Shown piece after piece: positions 1 to 10,667 of a stretch of DNA of 64,000 nucleotides; the stretch's first letter is position 1, and each line of letters starts with the position of its first letter. The notes under the pieces are model-generated. The model did no database searches. It had not been told where the DNA came from and worked only from the letters and a program-made list of their open reading frames with translations. The DNA comes from Candidatus Omnitrophota bacterium (GTDB lineage: Bacteria; Omnitrophota; Gorgyraeia; Zapsychrales; Fredricksoniimonadaceae): positions 4,266-68,265 of the forward strand of contig CAJARJ010000012.1 of NCBI GenBank assembly GCA_903944345.1. The letters are read 5' to 3'. The position numbers and the translations under genes are program-made.

Positions 1-1196
1 AATGCGGCACCGTTGTAAATATGCTCCAGGCCCTGCTCAATAAGACCATCCATCTGGAGCACCTCAATGCCTGCAGTTTTAAGAAAATCCATGGGTTTGC
101 TTCCTACAGCATTAACAAGAACGGCCCGGCAATCTTTAAAGGTGTCTGCCATCTGTTGCCAACGATCATCTCCCGCCCCTGCTGGCGGAGCCGGACGGCT
201 TTCAACCAACTCAAACCCTGAATCAGCCTGGGTAAAGACCAGAAATTCTTCTGCACGACCAAGATGCTGATTAACCAGAACGCCCTCCATGCTGGCCACT
301 GCCACATAGGGGCGCTTATCCTGCGGGTTAAGCGGAAGTCTTGCACACTCCTGCAGATCATTGACCGATTGCAAGTCCATTTCTCGTCCGATAATACCGA
401 CAGCATCTGCCCGACAACGGGCACAATGGCGCATCTGCGGCAGAAATTTGGCGGCCATGGCGCGCGCCGCCTCGTGAACAGCGGGCGAAGGCGCTGCCCG
501 TCCGCCAAACTCGGAACCCGGTGCCGGAATAAATGCCATGCAATTAAAGATATCTGCCCCCAAATCTGCAACAACCTTTGCAACGTCACCCGCGCTTTGA
601 TCGTTCACGCCAGGGATCAGAATAAAATTGATTTTAACAATCACTCCACGGGCTTTAAGCAGTTTTATGCCTTCAAGCTGTCGCTTGAGGAGAAGCTCGG
701 CACCCTCGGCACCCCGAAAGACTCGTTTTCCATCCCTGATCCATTGGTATATACCCGCACCAACCAGTGGATCAACCGCATTGACTGTTACAGTGACGTG
801 ACTTACCAGAAGATCGGCGATTCTATCTACATATTCTGGCAAAGCCAGTCCGTTGGTGGCCAGGCACAAAAGCATCTGCGGATAACGCTTGCGCACCAGC
901 TCCAGAGTGGTGAATGTTTCAACAGGATTGGCCAAAGGATCGCCGGGTCCGGCGATTCCTACAACAGAAAGATTATCCAATCGTGCGGTAACTCTTTCCA
1001 AATATGACAATGCCTGCCCTGGTGAAAGTACAACACTTGAGACTCCCGGGCGGCTTTCGTTGACACAATCATATTTACGGTCACAAAAATTGCACTGAAT
1101 GTTGCATTTGGGAGCAACGGGTAAATGCACCCGGCTGCTGGTATGTCGGGCGCTATCATCGAAGCAAGGGTGTCCTGCCCATGGTCTGGTCTTCAT
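1..1196 (-). CDS. nifB: Nitrogenase FeMo-cofactor biosynthesis radical-SAM protein NifB, 3' end (C-terminal NifX-like domain) runs off the window start
   Basis: Manual translation of the minus strand from the ATG at 1196 gives MKTRPWAGHPCFDDSARHTSSRVHLPVAPKCNIQCNFCDRKYDCVNESRPGVSSVVLSPGQA..., with the CxxxCxxC radical-SAM motif and a C-terminal MEG...VNQHLG NifX/NafY-like segment. The RBS AAAGGA lies upstream. The ORF is absent from the supplied track because it is open at position 1. Confidence 0.9.
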   Translation of the reverse strand, partial: MKTRPWAGHPCFDDSARHTSSRVHLPVAPKCNIQCNFCDRKYDCVNESRPGVSSVVLSPGQALSYLERVTARLDNLSVVGIAGPGDPLANPVETFTTLELVRKRYPQMLLCLATNGLALPEYVDRIADLLVSHVTVTVNAVDPLVGAGIYQWIRDGKRVFRGAEGAELLLKRQLEGIKLLKARGVIVKINFILIPGVNDQSAGDVAKVVADLGADIFNCMAFIPAPGSEFGGRAAPSPAVHEAARAMAAKFLPQMRHCARCRADAVGIIGREMDLQSVNDLQECARLPLNPQDKRPYVAVASMEGVLVNQHLGRAEEFLVFTQADSGFELVESRPAPPAGAGDDRWQQMADTFKDCRAVLVNAVGSKPMDFLKTAGIEVLQMDGLIEQGLEHIYNGAA

Positions 1197-1210
1197 TGGA
1201 TTATCCTTTC

Positions 1211-2581
1211 TTACAAGTAACTGTAGCCTACCTGTGAATCATCCTGCTTCTTGTCCAGGAGGGCGTTGACAATCCTGTCGTATAGTTCCAGCGCACCGCG
1301 GTATCCGTAATGAAGTATTCTTTGCGCCCCGATCCGGTCATGAACAGGAAATCCCACCCTGATCAAAGGCACATCAAGCTGCCGGGCGATATGATATCCC
1401 TTGCTGTTCCCTATCAGGATATCCGGACGCAGGCGTTTTGCTGATTCGGCGATACCGGCAAAGTCCTCATCATCAGCCGTTTCAATCCTGCCTTGCAGTT
1501 CAGGAATACGTTCCGCCAACAGCCGACGCAGATGACCGCTTTTCCCGCCCGAGGCACACAGAACAGGGATAATGCCAATTTCAGACAAAAAAGTCGCCAG
1601 CCCCAGAACCAGGTCTTCTTCACCGTAGACAAAAGCTTTCTTCTCGAATACATACTTGTGTCCGTCAACCATCGCATCTGTCAACCTGCCGCGTTCATAC
1701 AGATATTTTTCGGTAAGGGACGTACCGGAGATTTTTTCCAGCACACGCATAAATTCGTCTGTTTCACGGATTCCGACCGGCATTCCCAATGGGTGATGCG
1801 CCACCGCAGATCCATAACGCAGGAATTCTCCGGCTGTTTGCTCCTGGGCAACACAGGCTATCCGACCCAAAGTCAACGAGGCAGCAGACGAGCTCATGGA
1901 AGCAATCTCTTTAACAGAAGTACCTCCTGCGGGCAAAGCCCGGTATTCAGGCCACCCCGGGCCGTCCATGGTCTGGGAGTAATCGGGAAGAAAAACAGCG
2001 GAAAGACCAAAATCAGCAACAATCTCCTTTAAATACCGCAGGTCCGCGGGAGAACAAATACCAGGGAATATATTGATTTGATTCGGTCTTTCCGGAACAT
2101 TCTTTCTATCCGCCAGCCGCCTGACCACTGCGCGCGTTGCTGCCCAGAAACCTTCTGCATGAGATCCCGCATAGCTCGGTGTTGAAACATGCACCAGAAC
2201 AGGCGCACCGTTCAGAGAGTCTTCAGGAATGTTGCGCAGAATTCCAGCCATATCTTCACCGATTGTTTCCGAAAGACAAGTGGTCGCAATACCAATAACA
2301 TCGGGATGATACTGGGTTGCAATATTGGCAAGAGCTGCGGCAAGATTTTTCTCGCCGCCAAAGATAGCAGTCTCTTCGCTGAAGTTGGAAGAAGCGATAT
2401 CAACCGGTTCGCGAAAATGGCTTATAAGATATCGCCGGATGTAAGTCGAACAGCCCTGAGAACCATGTAAAAGAGGAACCGCGCCCTCAATACCTTTAAA
2501 CACAAGAGCGGCTCCCAGCGGAGCGCATAATTTGCACGGATTACGGGTAGAGACAAAATTTTTTCTCAGTGCGCCTTGCAT
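1211..2581 (-). CDS. nifN: Nitrogenase cofactor biosynthesis protein NifN
   Basis: 456 aa, with a NifK/NifN-family signature CAPLGAALVFKGIEGAVPLLHGSQGCSTYIRR. It sits between nifE and nifB, and its stop lies 14 nt from the nifB start. Confidence 0.9.
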   Translation of the reverse strand: MQGALRKNFVSTRNPCKLCAPLGAALVFKGIEGAVPLLHGSQGCSTYIRRYLISHFREPVDIASSNFSEETAIFGGEKNLAAALANIATQYHPDVIGIATTCLSETIGEDMAGILRNIPEDSLNGAPVLVHVSTPSYAGSHAEGFWAATRAVVRRLADRKNVPERPNQINIFPGICSPADLRYLKEIVADFGLSAVFLPDYSQTMDGPGWPEYRALPAGGTSVKEIASMSSSAASLTLGRIACVAQEQTAGEFLRYGSAVAHHPLGMPVGIRETDEFMRVLEKISGTSLTEKYLYERGRLTDAMVDGHKYVFEKKAFVYGEEDLVLGLATFLSEIGIIPVLCASGGKSGHLRRLLAERIPELQGRIETADDEDFAGIAESAKRLRPDILIGNSKGYHIARQLDVPLIRVGFPVHDRIGAQRILHYGYRGALELYDRIVNALLDKKQDDSQVGYSYL

Positions 2582-3960
2582 ACAACAGTCTCCCTGAAAG
2601 GAATATAGTCACCACCGCGACGAGATGAAAATCGCCAGACCGGACTCATCACCGATGAATAGACTTCCCGGGCAAAGTTTCTCATACCGACAAAACCGGC
2701 TAATGCTTCCTTGCGCTCATGATTGTGATCACAGAAGCCAACACCTACCTTGTAGGCAATGGGACGTTCCTTGACTCCGCCAATAAGCAGATCGACATCT
2801 TTTTCCTTAATAAATTTCGACAATTCCAGTGGATTGGCATCGTCAATGATCACAGTTCCCGGATCACATAGATCCTGCAGCTGAGCATAGTCTTTCGGAT
2901 TTCCGGTTTGCGAACCGGCCAGAACAGTTTTCATCCCCAGGAGTCTGAGCGCGCGAACCAGCGACACCGCCTTGAATGCTCCTCCGACATAAATTGCGGC
3001 TTTTTTCCCGTTCAAAGCCGTACGGTAAGCTCTGAGTTCCGGCATCAAAGCGGCCACTTCAGTTTGAACAATAACTTTAGCTTTTTCTAGAATTTGAGGA
3101 TACGCCGGGAAGAACTCTGCAACCTGGTAAAGGGCATCGGCCATATCTTCAATCCCAAAATAGGAAACCTTGATATAAGGTATTGAGTAGGTTTGTTTCA
3201 TGTGTTCTGCCAGCTTCGTCATTGATCCTGAGCACTGCACGACATTCAGCTTCGCACCATGCGCCTTGCGGATATCATCTACCCTGCCGTCGCCAGTGAT
3301 AGTAGAAACAACCTCGATGCCCATCTTCTGGTAGTATTCCTTGATCATCCAGATTTCGCCGGCCAGATTGAAATCTCCCAGAATATTGATCGAACAAGGC
3401 CCGACTCCCTGGGTTGATCCGGTTCCTGTCAGACGCGCAAGCGCATCACAGGCTGCCTGATAGCCGTCTTTCTTTGTGCCTCTGAACCCTTCTGAATGCA
3501 CCGGAAGAACAGTTATCCCTTTTTCCAGAGTGACTCTTTTACAAACCGCTTCAACATCATCACCAATCAGCCCGACAATACAGGTGGCATAAACAAAAGC
3601 TGCCTTGGGCTGATAGGTATCGATAAGCTCCACCAGAGCTGAATATAATTTGTCAGCACCGCCAAAAACAACGTCCCGTTCCTGCAGATCAGTCGAAAAA
3701 CTCATCCGATGCAACTGTCCGCCAGAGGATAAAGAACCTCGAATATCCCAGGTATAGGCCGCACACCCCACAGGGCCATGAACAAGATGGAGTGCATCGG
3801 CAATAGGATAAAGCACCACCCTTGAGCCACAAAAGACGCAAGCCCGCTGACTTACCGATCCGGCCAGGCTTTTTTTCTCGCAGAGAATCTTGAGTTCTTC
3901 TCCTGCGCTGACTTGACCAATCTGGCGCTCACGCTCTTTTAAAATACGCATTTCTGCCAT
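2566..3960 (-). CDS. nifE: Nitrogenase cofactor biosynthesis protein NifE
   Basis: 464 aa, with a NifD/NifE-family signature CVFCGSRVVLYPIADALHLVHGPVGCAAYTWDIRG. It overlaps the nifN start by 16 nt. Confidence 0.9.
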   Translation of the reverse strand: MAEMRILKERERQIGQVSAGEELKILCEKKSLAGSVSQRACVFCGSRVVLYPIADALHLVHGPVGCAAYTWDIRGSLSSGGQLHRMSFSTDLQERDVVFGGADKLYSALVELIDTYQPKAAFVYATCIVGLIGDDVEAVCKRVTLEKGITVLPVHSEGFRGTKKDGYQAACDALARLTGTGSTQGVGPCSINILGDFNLAGEIWMIKEYYQKMGIEVVSTITGDGRVDDIRKAHGAKLNVVQCSGSMTKLAEHMKQTYSIPYIKVSYFGIEDMADALYQVAEFFPAYPQILEKAKVIVQTEVAALMPELRAYRTALNGKKAAIYVGGAFKAVSLVRALRLLGMKTVLAGSQTGNPKDYAQLQDLCDPGTVIIDDANPLELSKFIKEKDVDLLIGGVKERPIAYKVGVGFCDHNHERKEALAGFVGMRNFAREVYSSVMSPVWRFSSRRGGDYIPFRETVVCKAH

Positions 3961-3976
3961 ACTTTTGTCTTCTTTC

Positions 3977-5356
3977 CTAGAACGTCAACTCAAACTTTTC
4001 CTCGGGAGCCTTACGATCGCGTTCATCAAGCAGGGCGTTCAGGAGTTTCTCAACCAGTCGTATTGCCCCCATGTAACCAACATTAGGGAAATAGGAATGT
4101 CCAACCCGGTCCATGATAGGAAAACCAAAACGAATCAAAGGTATGTTTTCGTCCCGGGAAATATATTTTCCCCAGGTATTACCAATAAGAAGATCAACCG
4201 GCTCATTCTTGATCCACTGGTGCAAAAGAAACATGTCGGCCTGGGCCCCCTGACGAAATTTAGCCCCGGGCACTCCTTTGAGAACCTCCGCCATCCGCTC
4301 ATCGAAATACTTCCCAGGGGTTCCGGTGACCACATAAACCGGCTGCATCCCGATATCCACCAGAAACTCGCAAAGCGGGACTAACTGATCCGGATCGCCG
4401 TACAACGCCACTCGCTTATTATAAAAATACTGCTCGTTATCAGTCAGAATGTCGACCAGTCGACCGCGCTCCCGTTCAATGCTCTCGGGGACAGCTACAC
4501 CGGCGGCTTCGCTTAAGGTTTTAATAAAACGATCTGTGGCCGCAAGGCCAACAGGAATATCCAATTCGTATAGTTTGACCTTGCACTTGGCGTTCAACAA
4601 TTCGCCGGCGGGGACAGAAGCGTCATGACCAAGAGCCAGAGTGGCCAGACTGTCACCTGTAGCCCGAAGCTCGTCAATAGTTGTTCCTCCGGTTCCATAC
4701 ATATCAAACTGGCCATTTTGCGGACGATCCATAGTCTCGGACGTATCCGGGAACATAATGCTGGCAACTCCCATTTCAACAGCCAGCCTTTTGATCTCCC
4801 GCATATCGGAGGGTTCTACCCAGCCCGGTATAATATTGACCTTGTTGTCCTTTACCCCGGTCGTGAGTGAAAAATATTTCACCATGCTTTTGACCATATT
4901 GGCAAAACCGGTCACATGCGAACCGATATAGCTGGGCGTATTGGCATGAATAATATATTTGTCAGCAGGGATCTTGCCCTCTTCGGCTGCTTTGGCAATG
5001 ATCTGAACAATATCATCCCCTATAGTTTCGGAAAGGCAGGTTGTATGGACTGCTATGACATCCGGTTTATAAAGCGAAAAGATGTTTTCGACCGAAGTCA
5101 GCAGGTTGGCCTGTCCGCCAAAAACCGCCGAACCCTCAGTAAAGGAGCTGGTCGTCGCCATAACCGGTTCTTTAAAATGCCGTGTCAGCATGCTGCGATG
5201 ATACGAACAGCATCCCTGCGAACCATGGCTGTGCGGCAAACAATTATGGATTCCCAACGCCGCATACATCGCCCCGATTGGCTGACAGGTTTTGGCAGGA
5301 TTAATAGTAAGCGCTTCGCGCTCTTTGATATCTTTTGGTGTATGTCGAAGCAACAT
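3977..5356 (-). CDS. nifK: Nitrogenase MoFe protein beta subunit NifK
   Basis: Signature CQPIGAMYAALGIHNCLPHSHGSQGCCSYHRSM. The start is set to the ATG at 5356 (MLLRHTPKD...), which is preceded by AGGAGG and lies 9 nt after the nifD stop, rather than the upstream ATG at 5416 that would overlap nifD by 52 nt. Confidence 0.9.
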   Translation of the reverse strand: MLLRHTPKDIKEREALTINPAKTCQPIGAMYAALGIHNCLPHSHGSQGCCSYHRSMLTRHFKEPVMATTSSFTEGSAVFGGQANLLTSVENIFSLYKPDVIAVHTTCLSETIGDDIVQIIAKAAEEGKIPADKYIIHANTPSYIGSHVTGFANMVKSMVKYFSLTTGVKDNKVNIIPGWVEPSDMREIKRLAVEMGVASIMFPDTSETMDRPQNGQFDMYGTGGTTIDELRATGDSLATLALGHDASVPAGELLNAKCKVKLYELDIPVGLAATDRFIKTLSEAAGVAVPESIERERGRLVDILTDNEQYFYNKRVALYGDPDQLVPLCEFLVDIGMQPVYVVTGTPGKYFDERMAEVLKGVPGAKFRQGAQADMFLLHQWIKNEPVDLLIGNTWGKYISRDENIPLIRFGFPIMDRVGHSYFPNVGYMGAIRLVEKLLNALLDERDRKAPEEKFELTF

Positions 5357-5364
5357 ATGCCCTC

Positions 5365-6999
5365 CTAATTCGTCTCGTTGATAAAGACTGCTGCCAAAGG
5401 TTCCTGTTTGTGCCACGGAGCACGGATATGCTTCCAGACGCGAGTATTTAACATCCGCTCGACATCGCGATAGAAATTGATTGCGCCTTCAAAGGAGGCA
5501 TAGGGTCCGCCATAATCATAGTTATGCAGTTGCTTTAACGGCATCCCCATTTTCTGAATGACGTATTTCTCCTTTATTCCGGCACAAAATATATCCGGTT
5601 TGTATTTTTCGATGATCAGCTCGGTCTCAAAGTGATTAATATCATCAATGACCAGCGTACCGGCATCCATCTCGGGCATCATGCCTTTATAATCCCTGAA
5701 CTCGAAGCCCTTGGCGGCCATGGCATCCAACTGCTCTTTTGTTTTCCGGGCACGAAACTCGCTGGGGTGAGGTTCGACATGCAATTCTTCAATATTGCGG
5801 CTGTCCGCATCGACCTTGATATCCGGAATGACGACTCGTCCCTCATAATCGTCACGATGCGCAAATTCATAACCGGCAGCGAGCACTTTCATGCCCATTT
5901 CCTTGAATAGTTCCTGATAATGATGTGCCCGTGACCCACCCACAAAAAGCATGGCTGTTTTGCCTTCCACTCTTGGTCTGATAACGGCCAGCTCTGCTTT
6001 GACCTTTTCCATCTCTTCGGCAATAACACGTTCAACTTTCTTTTTGAGCTCGGCATCTTCGAAGTAATCGGCTATCTTGCGCAGTGACTTGGCGCTAGCC
6101 TCTGCACCAATGAAGTTCACCTTGAACCAGGGCACCCCGTATTTCTTTTCGATCATATCGGCAACATAATTAATGGAACGGTGGCACATAACAACAACAA
6201 GATCAGCCAGATGTGCAGAGGCAAACTGCTCGTAAGTGGAGTTACCACTAAAAGTTGCTACCAAAGTAATACCGCATTTGGTAAACAGTTCTTCCAATGC
6301 AAAAGCATCGCCGCCGATGTTATATTCACCCAGCATCGCAACCTTGAACTTGCCTTTGGGACAGGTAGTCCCTTTCCCAACCACATGTTTAAAAAGCTGA
6401 TTATTGGCAATATGATGGCCTGCGGACTGACTTACTCCTTTGTACCCCTCGCAACTAAAACCAAAGACATTGGCCCCTGTTTTCTCGCTCATCTCTCTGG
6501 AAACGGCATGAACATCATCTCCGATCAGTCCGATAGGACAGGTGGAAAAAACGCCAACAGCCTTGGGATGGAAAATATCAACAGCCTCTTCGATTGCTTT
6601 TTTGAGTTTCTTCTCACCGCCAAAGATGATGTTTTCATCCTGCATATCAGTTGAAAGACAATAGGTCATGAAATTGTCATCAGTTTCACTCTCGGGACGG
6701 GTCTGGTTTCGTCTGGTCAGCCAGGAATAGAAACCGCAGCCGATCGGTCCATGCGTAATATTAAGAATATTACGCGTCGGGCCGAGCACCACGCCCTTGC
6801 AGCCGGCATAAGAGCATCCGCGCTGGGTGATAATGCCGGGCAAAGTGCGCACATTGGCCTGGATTTCCTGCCTGGGCTCCTGCTCGGGTTCATTAACGAC
6901 AAACTGCTTTTGTCTTTTGCGCGCCGTCTTTGTGGGATAAGCGCTCAGCATTTCGTCTTTTACCGACTGTGCTGACTTGATATCGTTTTGTGCCGACAT
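5365..6999 (-). CDS. nifD: Nitrogenase MoFe protein alpha subunit NifD (long, anaerobe-type)
   Basis: 544 aa, with signature IITQRGCSYAGCKGVVLGPTRNILNITHGPIGCGFYSW and DENIIFGGEKKL. Confidence 0.92.
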   Translation of the reverse strand: MSAQNDIKSAQSVKDEMLSAYPTKTARKRQKQFVVNEPEQEPRQEIQANVRTLPGIITQRGCSYAGCKGVVLGPTRNILNITHGPIGCGFYSWLTRRNQTRPESETDDNFMTYCLSTDMQDENIIFGGEKKLKKAIEEAVDIFHPKAVGVFSTCPIGLIGDDVHAVSREMSEKTGANVFGFSCEGYKGVSQSAGHHIANNQLFKHVVGKGTTCPKGKFKVAMLGEYNIGGDAFALEELFTKCGITLVATFSGNSTYEQFASAHLADLVVVMCHRSINYVADMIEKKYGVPWFKVNFIGAEASAKSLRKIADYFEDAELKKKVERVIAEEMEKVKAELAVIRPRVEGKTAMLFVGGSRAHHYQELFKEMGMKVLAAGYEFAHRDDYEGRVVIPDIKVDADSRNIEELHVEPHPSEFRARKTKEQLDAMAAKGFEFRDYKGMMPEMDAGTLVIDDINHFETELIIEKYKPDIFCAGIKEKYVIQKMGMPLKQLHNYDYGGPYASFEGAINFYRDVERMLNTRVWKHIRAPWHKQEPLAAVFINETN

Positions 7000-7051
7000 A
7001 GGTCACTCCTTCAGATCGTTTGATTCTCTGTTTACCCCGCAGCCCCAGGCC

Positions 7052-7435
7052 TTATTCATCCAGCACCTTGTCACCCGATTCGCCTGTTCGGACTCTGTAT
7101 GACTCCAGAATGGGAAGAACAAAAATCTTGCCGTCACCGGGTTTCCCGGTCTGATTAGCCTTGATGATGACGTCCACCGTCTTCTTGACCAGACTGTCCG
7201 GGACAACAACAGTTATAAGACGCTTGGGGATCAATCGCGGCCCGTTGGCATTCAGCTGGGAAATGGCTTCTTCCCGTCCCTCCTGTGCTCCGCTAAGAAT
7301 TCTGAAATCGACATTTCCTTTGCCGCGGCCTAAAACGCGGCCGGTCGCAGTCATCGAAGTGATCCCTGCCGCTTCCAGCGCCTTCTTGGTTTCATTCATC
7401 TTGTTAATACGAATGATCGCCATTATGTCTTTCAT
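7052..7435 (-). CDS. nifI2: PII-family nitrogenase regulatory protein NifI2 (GlnB-like)
   Basis: 127 aa PII fold (MKDIMAIIRINKMNETKKALEAAGITSMTATGRVLGRGKG...GDGKIFVLPI). It is the second of two PII genes between nifH and nifD. Confidence 0.85.
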   Translation of the reverse strand: MKDIMAIIRINKMNETKKALEAAGITSMTATGRVLGRGKGNVDFRILSGAQEGREEAISQLNANGPRLIPKRLITVVVPDSLVKKTVDVIIKANQTGKPGDGKIFVLPILESYRVRTGESGDKVLDE

Positions 7436-7447
7436 GTTTAGTCTCCG

Positions 7448-7786
7448 TTATTCATCTTTCTTGCCGGTACTGACGGTATAAACCTCTTCAACCGGAGAAA
7501 CGAATACTTTGCCATCACCGAAATTTCCCTTGGCTCCGGTCCGGGCCGCCTCCATGATGCGCTGGACAACAAATTCCTTGTCTGCCGCCGGAATAACTGT
7601 CATCAGAAGTTCTTTGGGCAGTTCGTCATAATGAATATCGCCAACCTTTAAACCTCTTTGTTTGCCGCGACCAAAAACTGAAACTTTGGTGACTGCCGGA
7701 TAACCTGCATCCAGCAAAGTTGCAAGCACCGCATCCGCCTTCTCGGGTCTTACAATAGAACGAACGAGTATATGTCCCATGACCAT
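7448..7786 (-). CDS. nifI1: PII-family nitrogenase regulatory protein NifI1 (GlnB-like)
   Basis: 112 aa PII fold (ILVRSIVRPEKADAVLATLLDAGYPAVTKVSVFGRGKQRG...GDGKVFVSPV), immediately downstream of nifH. Confidence 0.85.
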   Translation of the reverse strand: MVMGHILVRSIVRPEKADAVLATLLDAGYPAVTKVSVFGRGKQRGLKVGDIHYDELPKELLMTVIPAADKEFVVQRIMEAARTGAKGNFGDGKVFVSPVEEVYTVSTGKKDE

Positions 7787-7797
7787 CCCTCCTGTAT

Positions 7798-8739
<942 letters not shown>

Positions 8740-8875
8740 CTATGTCCTGTCTATTCTTTGCATTCAGCACAAAAGAATGACTCAAACCGAAACTGATGCT
8801 CTTTACGGCTTACACTGATACAAGTAGAAAAGATATGTTTTGGTAAGTGGTAAAGCGAAAAAAAGAGGATTATTT

Positions 8876-8892
8876 TGCTGTCGGGGCACCAG
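8876..8892 (-). promoter_or_regulatory. Candidate sigma-54 (-24/-12) promoter for the nif operon
   Basis: The minus strand reads CTGGTGCCCCGACAGCA, with GG and GC in the canonical TGGCAC-N5-TTGCA register (GG at 2-3, GC at 14-15). It lies about 240 nt upstream of the nifH ATG. No clean TGT-N10-ACA NifA UAS was found. Confidence 0.35.
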
Positions 8893-9099
8893 AGGAGCTG
8901 GATACTGCAATTTTGTTCCTGAAGTATACCCTTAGGAGGTTAATACCCCATACACCGCCACCAAGAAGAAGTGCGCCGCCCAGACCAGAAAGGCATCCGA
9001 CTGAAGGTCTTCCGCAGCAGGGACATACAGAAGAGGTAAGATAAAAAGACGAGGATATTACGCCCAACTGAACAGAGCTTTTATCAAAAAAATGCTGCT

Positions 9100-9912
9100 T
9101 CATTTCCGGCCTCGTATAAAAAAGACAACAATAAAGATCACAAAATTGGCACACACGATCGTAGCCCCTGAAGGAAGATTCCAAATATAGGAAACAAAAA
9201 TTCCCGTAATAACAGATACAACCGAAAAAACTGCCGCCAGCAAGATCGCCGCCCTGAAATTGGTAGCTACAAAAAGAGCGCTGACCGCAGGAAAAACAAT
9301 CAGGCTTGAGACCAGCATGGTTCCTACAACCTTGATCCCTAAAACAACTGTCAGAGCCGTAAGGACAATGAGTATTCTGTTAACCAGTCCCGTTCTGATC
9401 CCTGATACCTGTGCATGATCCTGATCAAAAGTCACAGCAAACAGATCGTGATAAAAGAATCTTACCAGGCCCATGATCACAAGAGAAAGAATTACCGACA
9501 GAATGACTTCTGTCTGACTGACAGAAAGAATATTCCCGAAAAGATAACTGAAAAGATCCACATTAAACCCTCCCGCCACACTGGCAATGAGAACCCCGAT
9601 GGCCACGCCCATCGCGGAAAGAAGGCCTATGGCAGCATCTCCATAAAGCAAGGATTTCTCGGTCAGTCGCAAGACCAGCAAGGCGGCCAAAACAACCAGC
9701 GGAAGTGATATAAAAATCGGGGTGACATGTACCAGAAGCCCAATGGCAATCGTTGCAAAACTTATATGCGCCAGGCCGTCTCCAATCAAGGCAAAACGCT
9801 TGAGAACAAGAAAGACGCCAAGGAATGCACAGCAAAGCGCCACAAAGCACCCGGCAATAAGGGCTCTCTGGATAAACGCGAATTGTAAAGCTTCCCGAAT
9901 ATCAGTGAACAT
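9100..9912 (-). CDS. znuB: Zinc/manganese ABC transporter permease (ZnuB family)
   Basis: Polytopic membrane protein of the ABC-3 family (FTDIREALQFAFIQRALIAGCF...). An ATG at 9912 directly follows the znuC stop in a TGATTATG arrangement. An alternative start lies at 9933. Confidence 0.8.
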   Translation of the reverse strand: MFTDIREALQFAFIQRALIAGCFVALCCAFLGVFLVLKRFALIGDGLAHISFATIAIGLLVHVTPIFISLPLVVLAALLVLRLTEKSLLYGDAAIGLLSAMGVAIGVLIASVAGGFNVDLFSYLFGNILSVSQTEVILSVILSLVIMGLVRFFYHDLFAVTFDQDHAQVSGIRTGLVNRILIVLTALTVVLGIKVVGTMLVSSLIVFPAVSALFVATNFRAAILLAAVFSVVSVITGIFVSYIWNLPSGATIVCANFVIFIVVFFIRGRK

Positions 9913-9914
9913 AA

Positions 9915-10667
9915 TCAACCGTGCCTGTGGCAAATCAGATGTTGTCCTGCACCGAAATAACGGGTCATGTCCGGGGAATGACAGAAATTATCAAACGATC
10001 CGAAAAAGACCACCTTCTTGTCCAGATAGAGAAGCTTGCTGGCGTATTTCCCCATAGTGACCGGATCGTGCGAAACAAAAAGGATGGTCGTCTTTTGTGT
10101 CTTGTTGATCTTTTGCAGCAATACGTAAAACATTTCTCGTGTTGCTGGATCAAGGGCAGTTGTAGGCTCATCCAGAAAAAGCAGTTCCGGAGCATGCACC
10201 AGCGCTCTGGCCAGCAGCACGCGTTGCTGCTGCCCTCCGGACAAGCGCCCGATCATGCGCGTGCGAAGATCCGCAATCCCCAGATCTTTTAGTATATCGG
10301 CCACACGATCCCGATCAGAAGATGTCATTTCTTTAGGATAAGGACGAGAAGCTATAAGCCCGGCCGCCACGACCTCATCGACATTGGCCGGAAAGCGCTG
10401 ATCCAGATGAGTAATACGTTGCGGAAGATACCCGATCTTTTTCCAATCTTTAAATTCCTGCTGCTCCTTGCCAAAAAGAACAACCTGACCGGAAGCCAGC
10501 GGCAAAAGACCCAGTACAGCGCGAACCAGTGTCGTTTTGCCTGATCCGTTGGGTCCGACAATACCGATGTAGTCGCCTGCATTGACCACAAGATCAATCT
10601 GGCTCAAGACTTCGGCCCCCTGATACATTACGCAAAGACTTTTAACATCGAGAGGAATTATTGACAC
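9915..10667 (-). CDS. znuC: Zinc ABC transporter ATP-binding protein (ZnuC family)
   Basis: Walker A GPNGSGKTT, ABC signature LSGGQQQR and Walker B LLFLDEPT. Confidence 0.85.
   Translation of the reverse strand: MSIIPLDVKSLCVMYQGAEVLSQIDLVVNAGDYIGIVGPNGSGKTTLVRAVLGLLPLASGQVVLFGKEQQEFKDWKKIGYLPQRITHLDQRFPANVDEVVAAGLIASRPYPKEMTSSDRDRVADILKDLGIADLRTRMIGRLSGGQQQRVLLARALVHAPELLFLDEPTTALDPATREMFYVLLQKINKTQKTTILFVSHDPVTMGKYASKLLYLDKKVVFFGSFDNFCHSPDMTRYFGAGQHLICHRHG

Noticed and set aside
264-1007. 247-aa plus-strand ORF
   Set aside because: It lies entirely antisense to the well-supported nifB coding sequence, has no family signature, and has low-complexity Arg/Cys-rich composition typical of shadow ORFs.
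8900-9100. Searched for a NifA-type UAS (TGT-N10-ACA) upstream of the sigma-54 candidate
   Set aside because: Only a TGT-N10-TAC near-match was found. It is not convincing enough to annotate.
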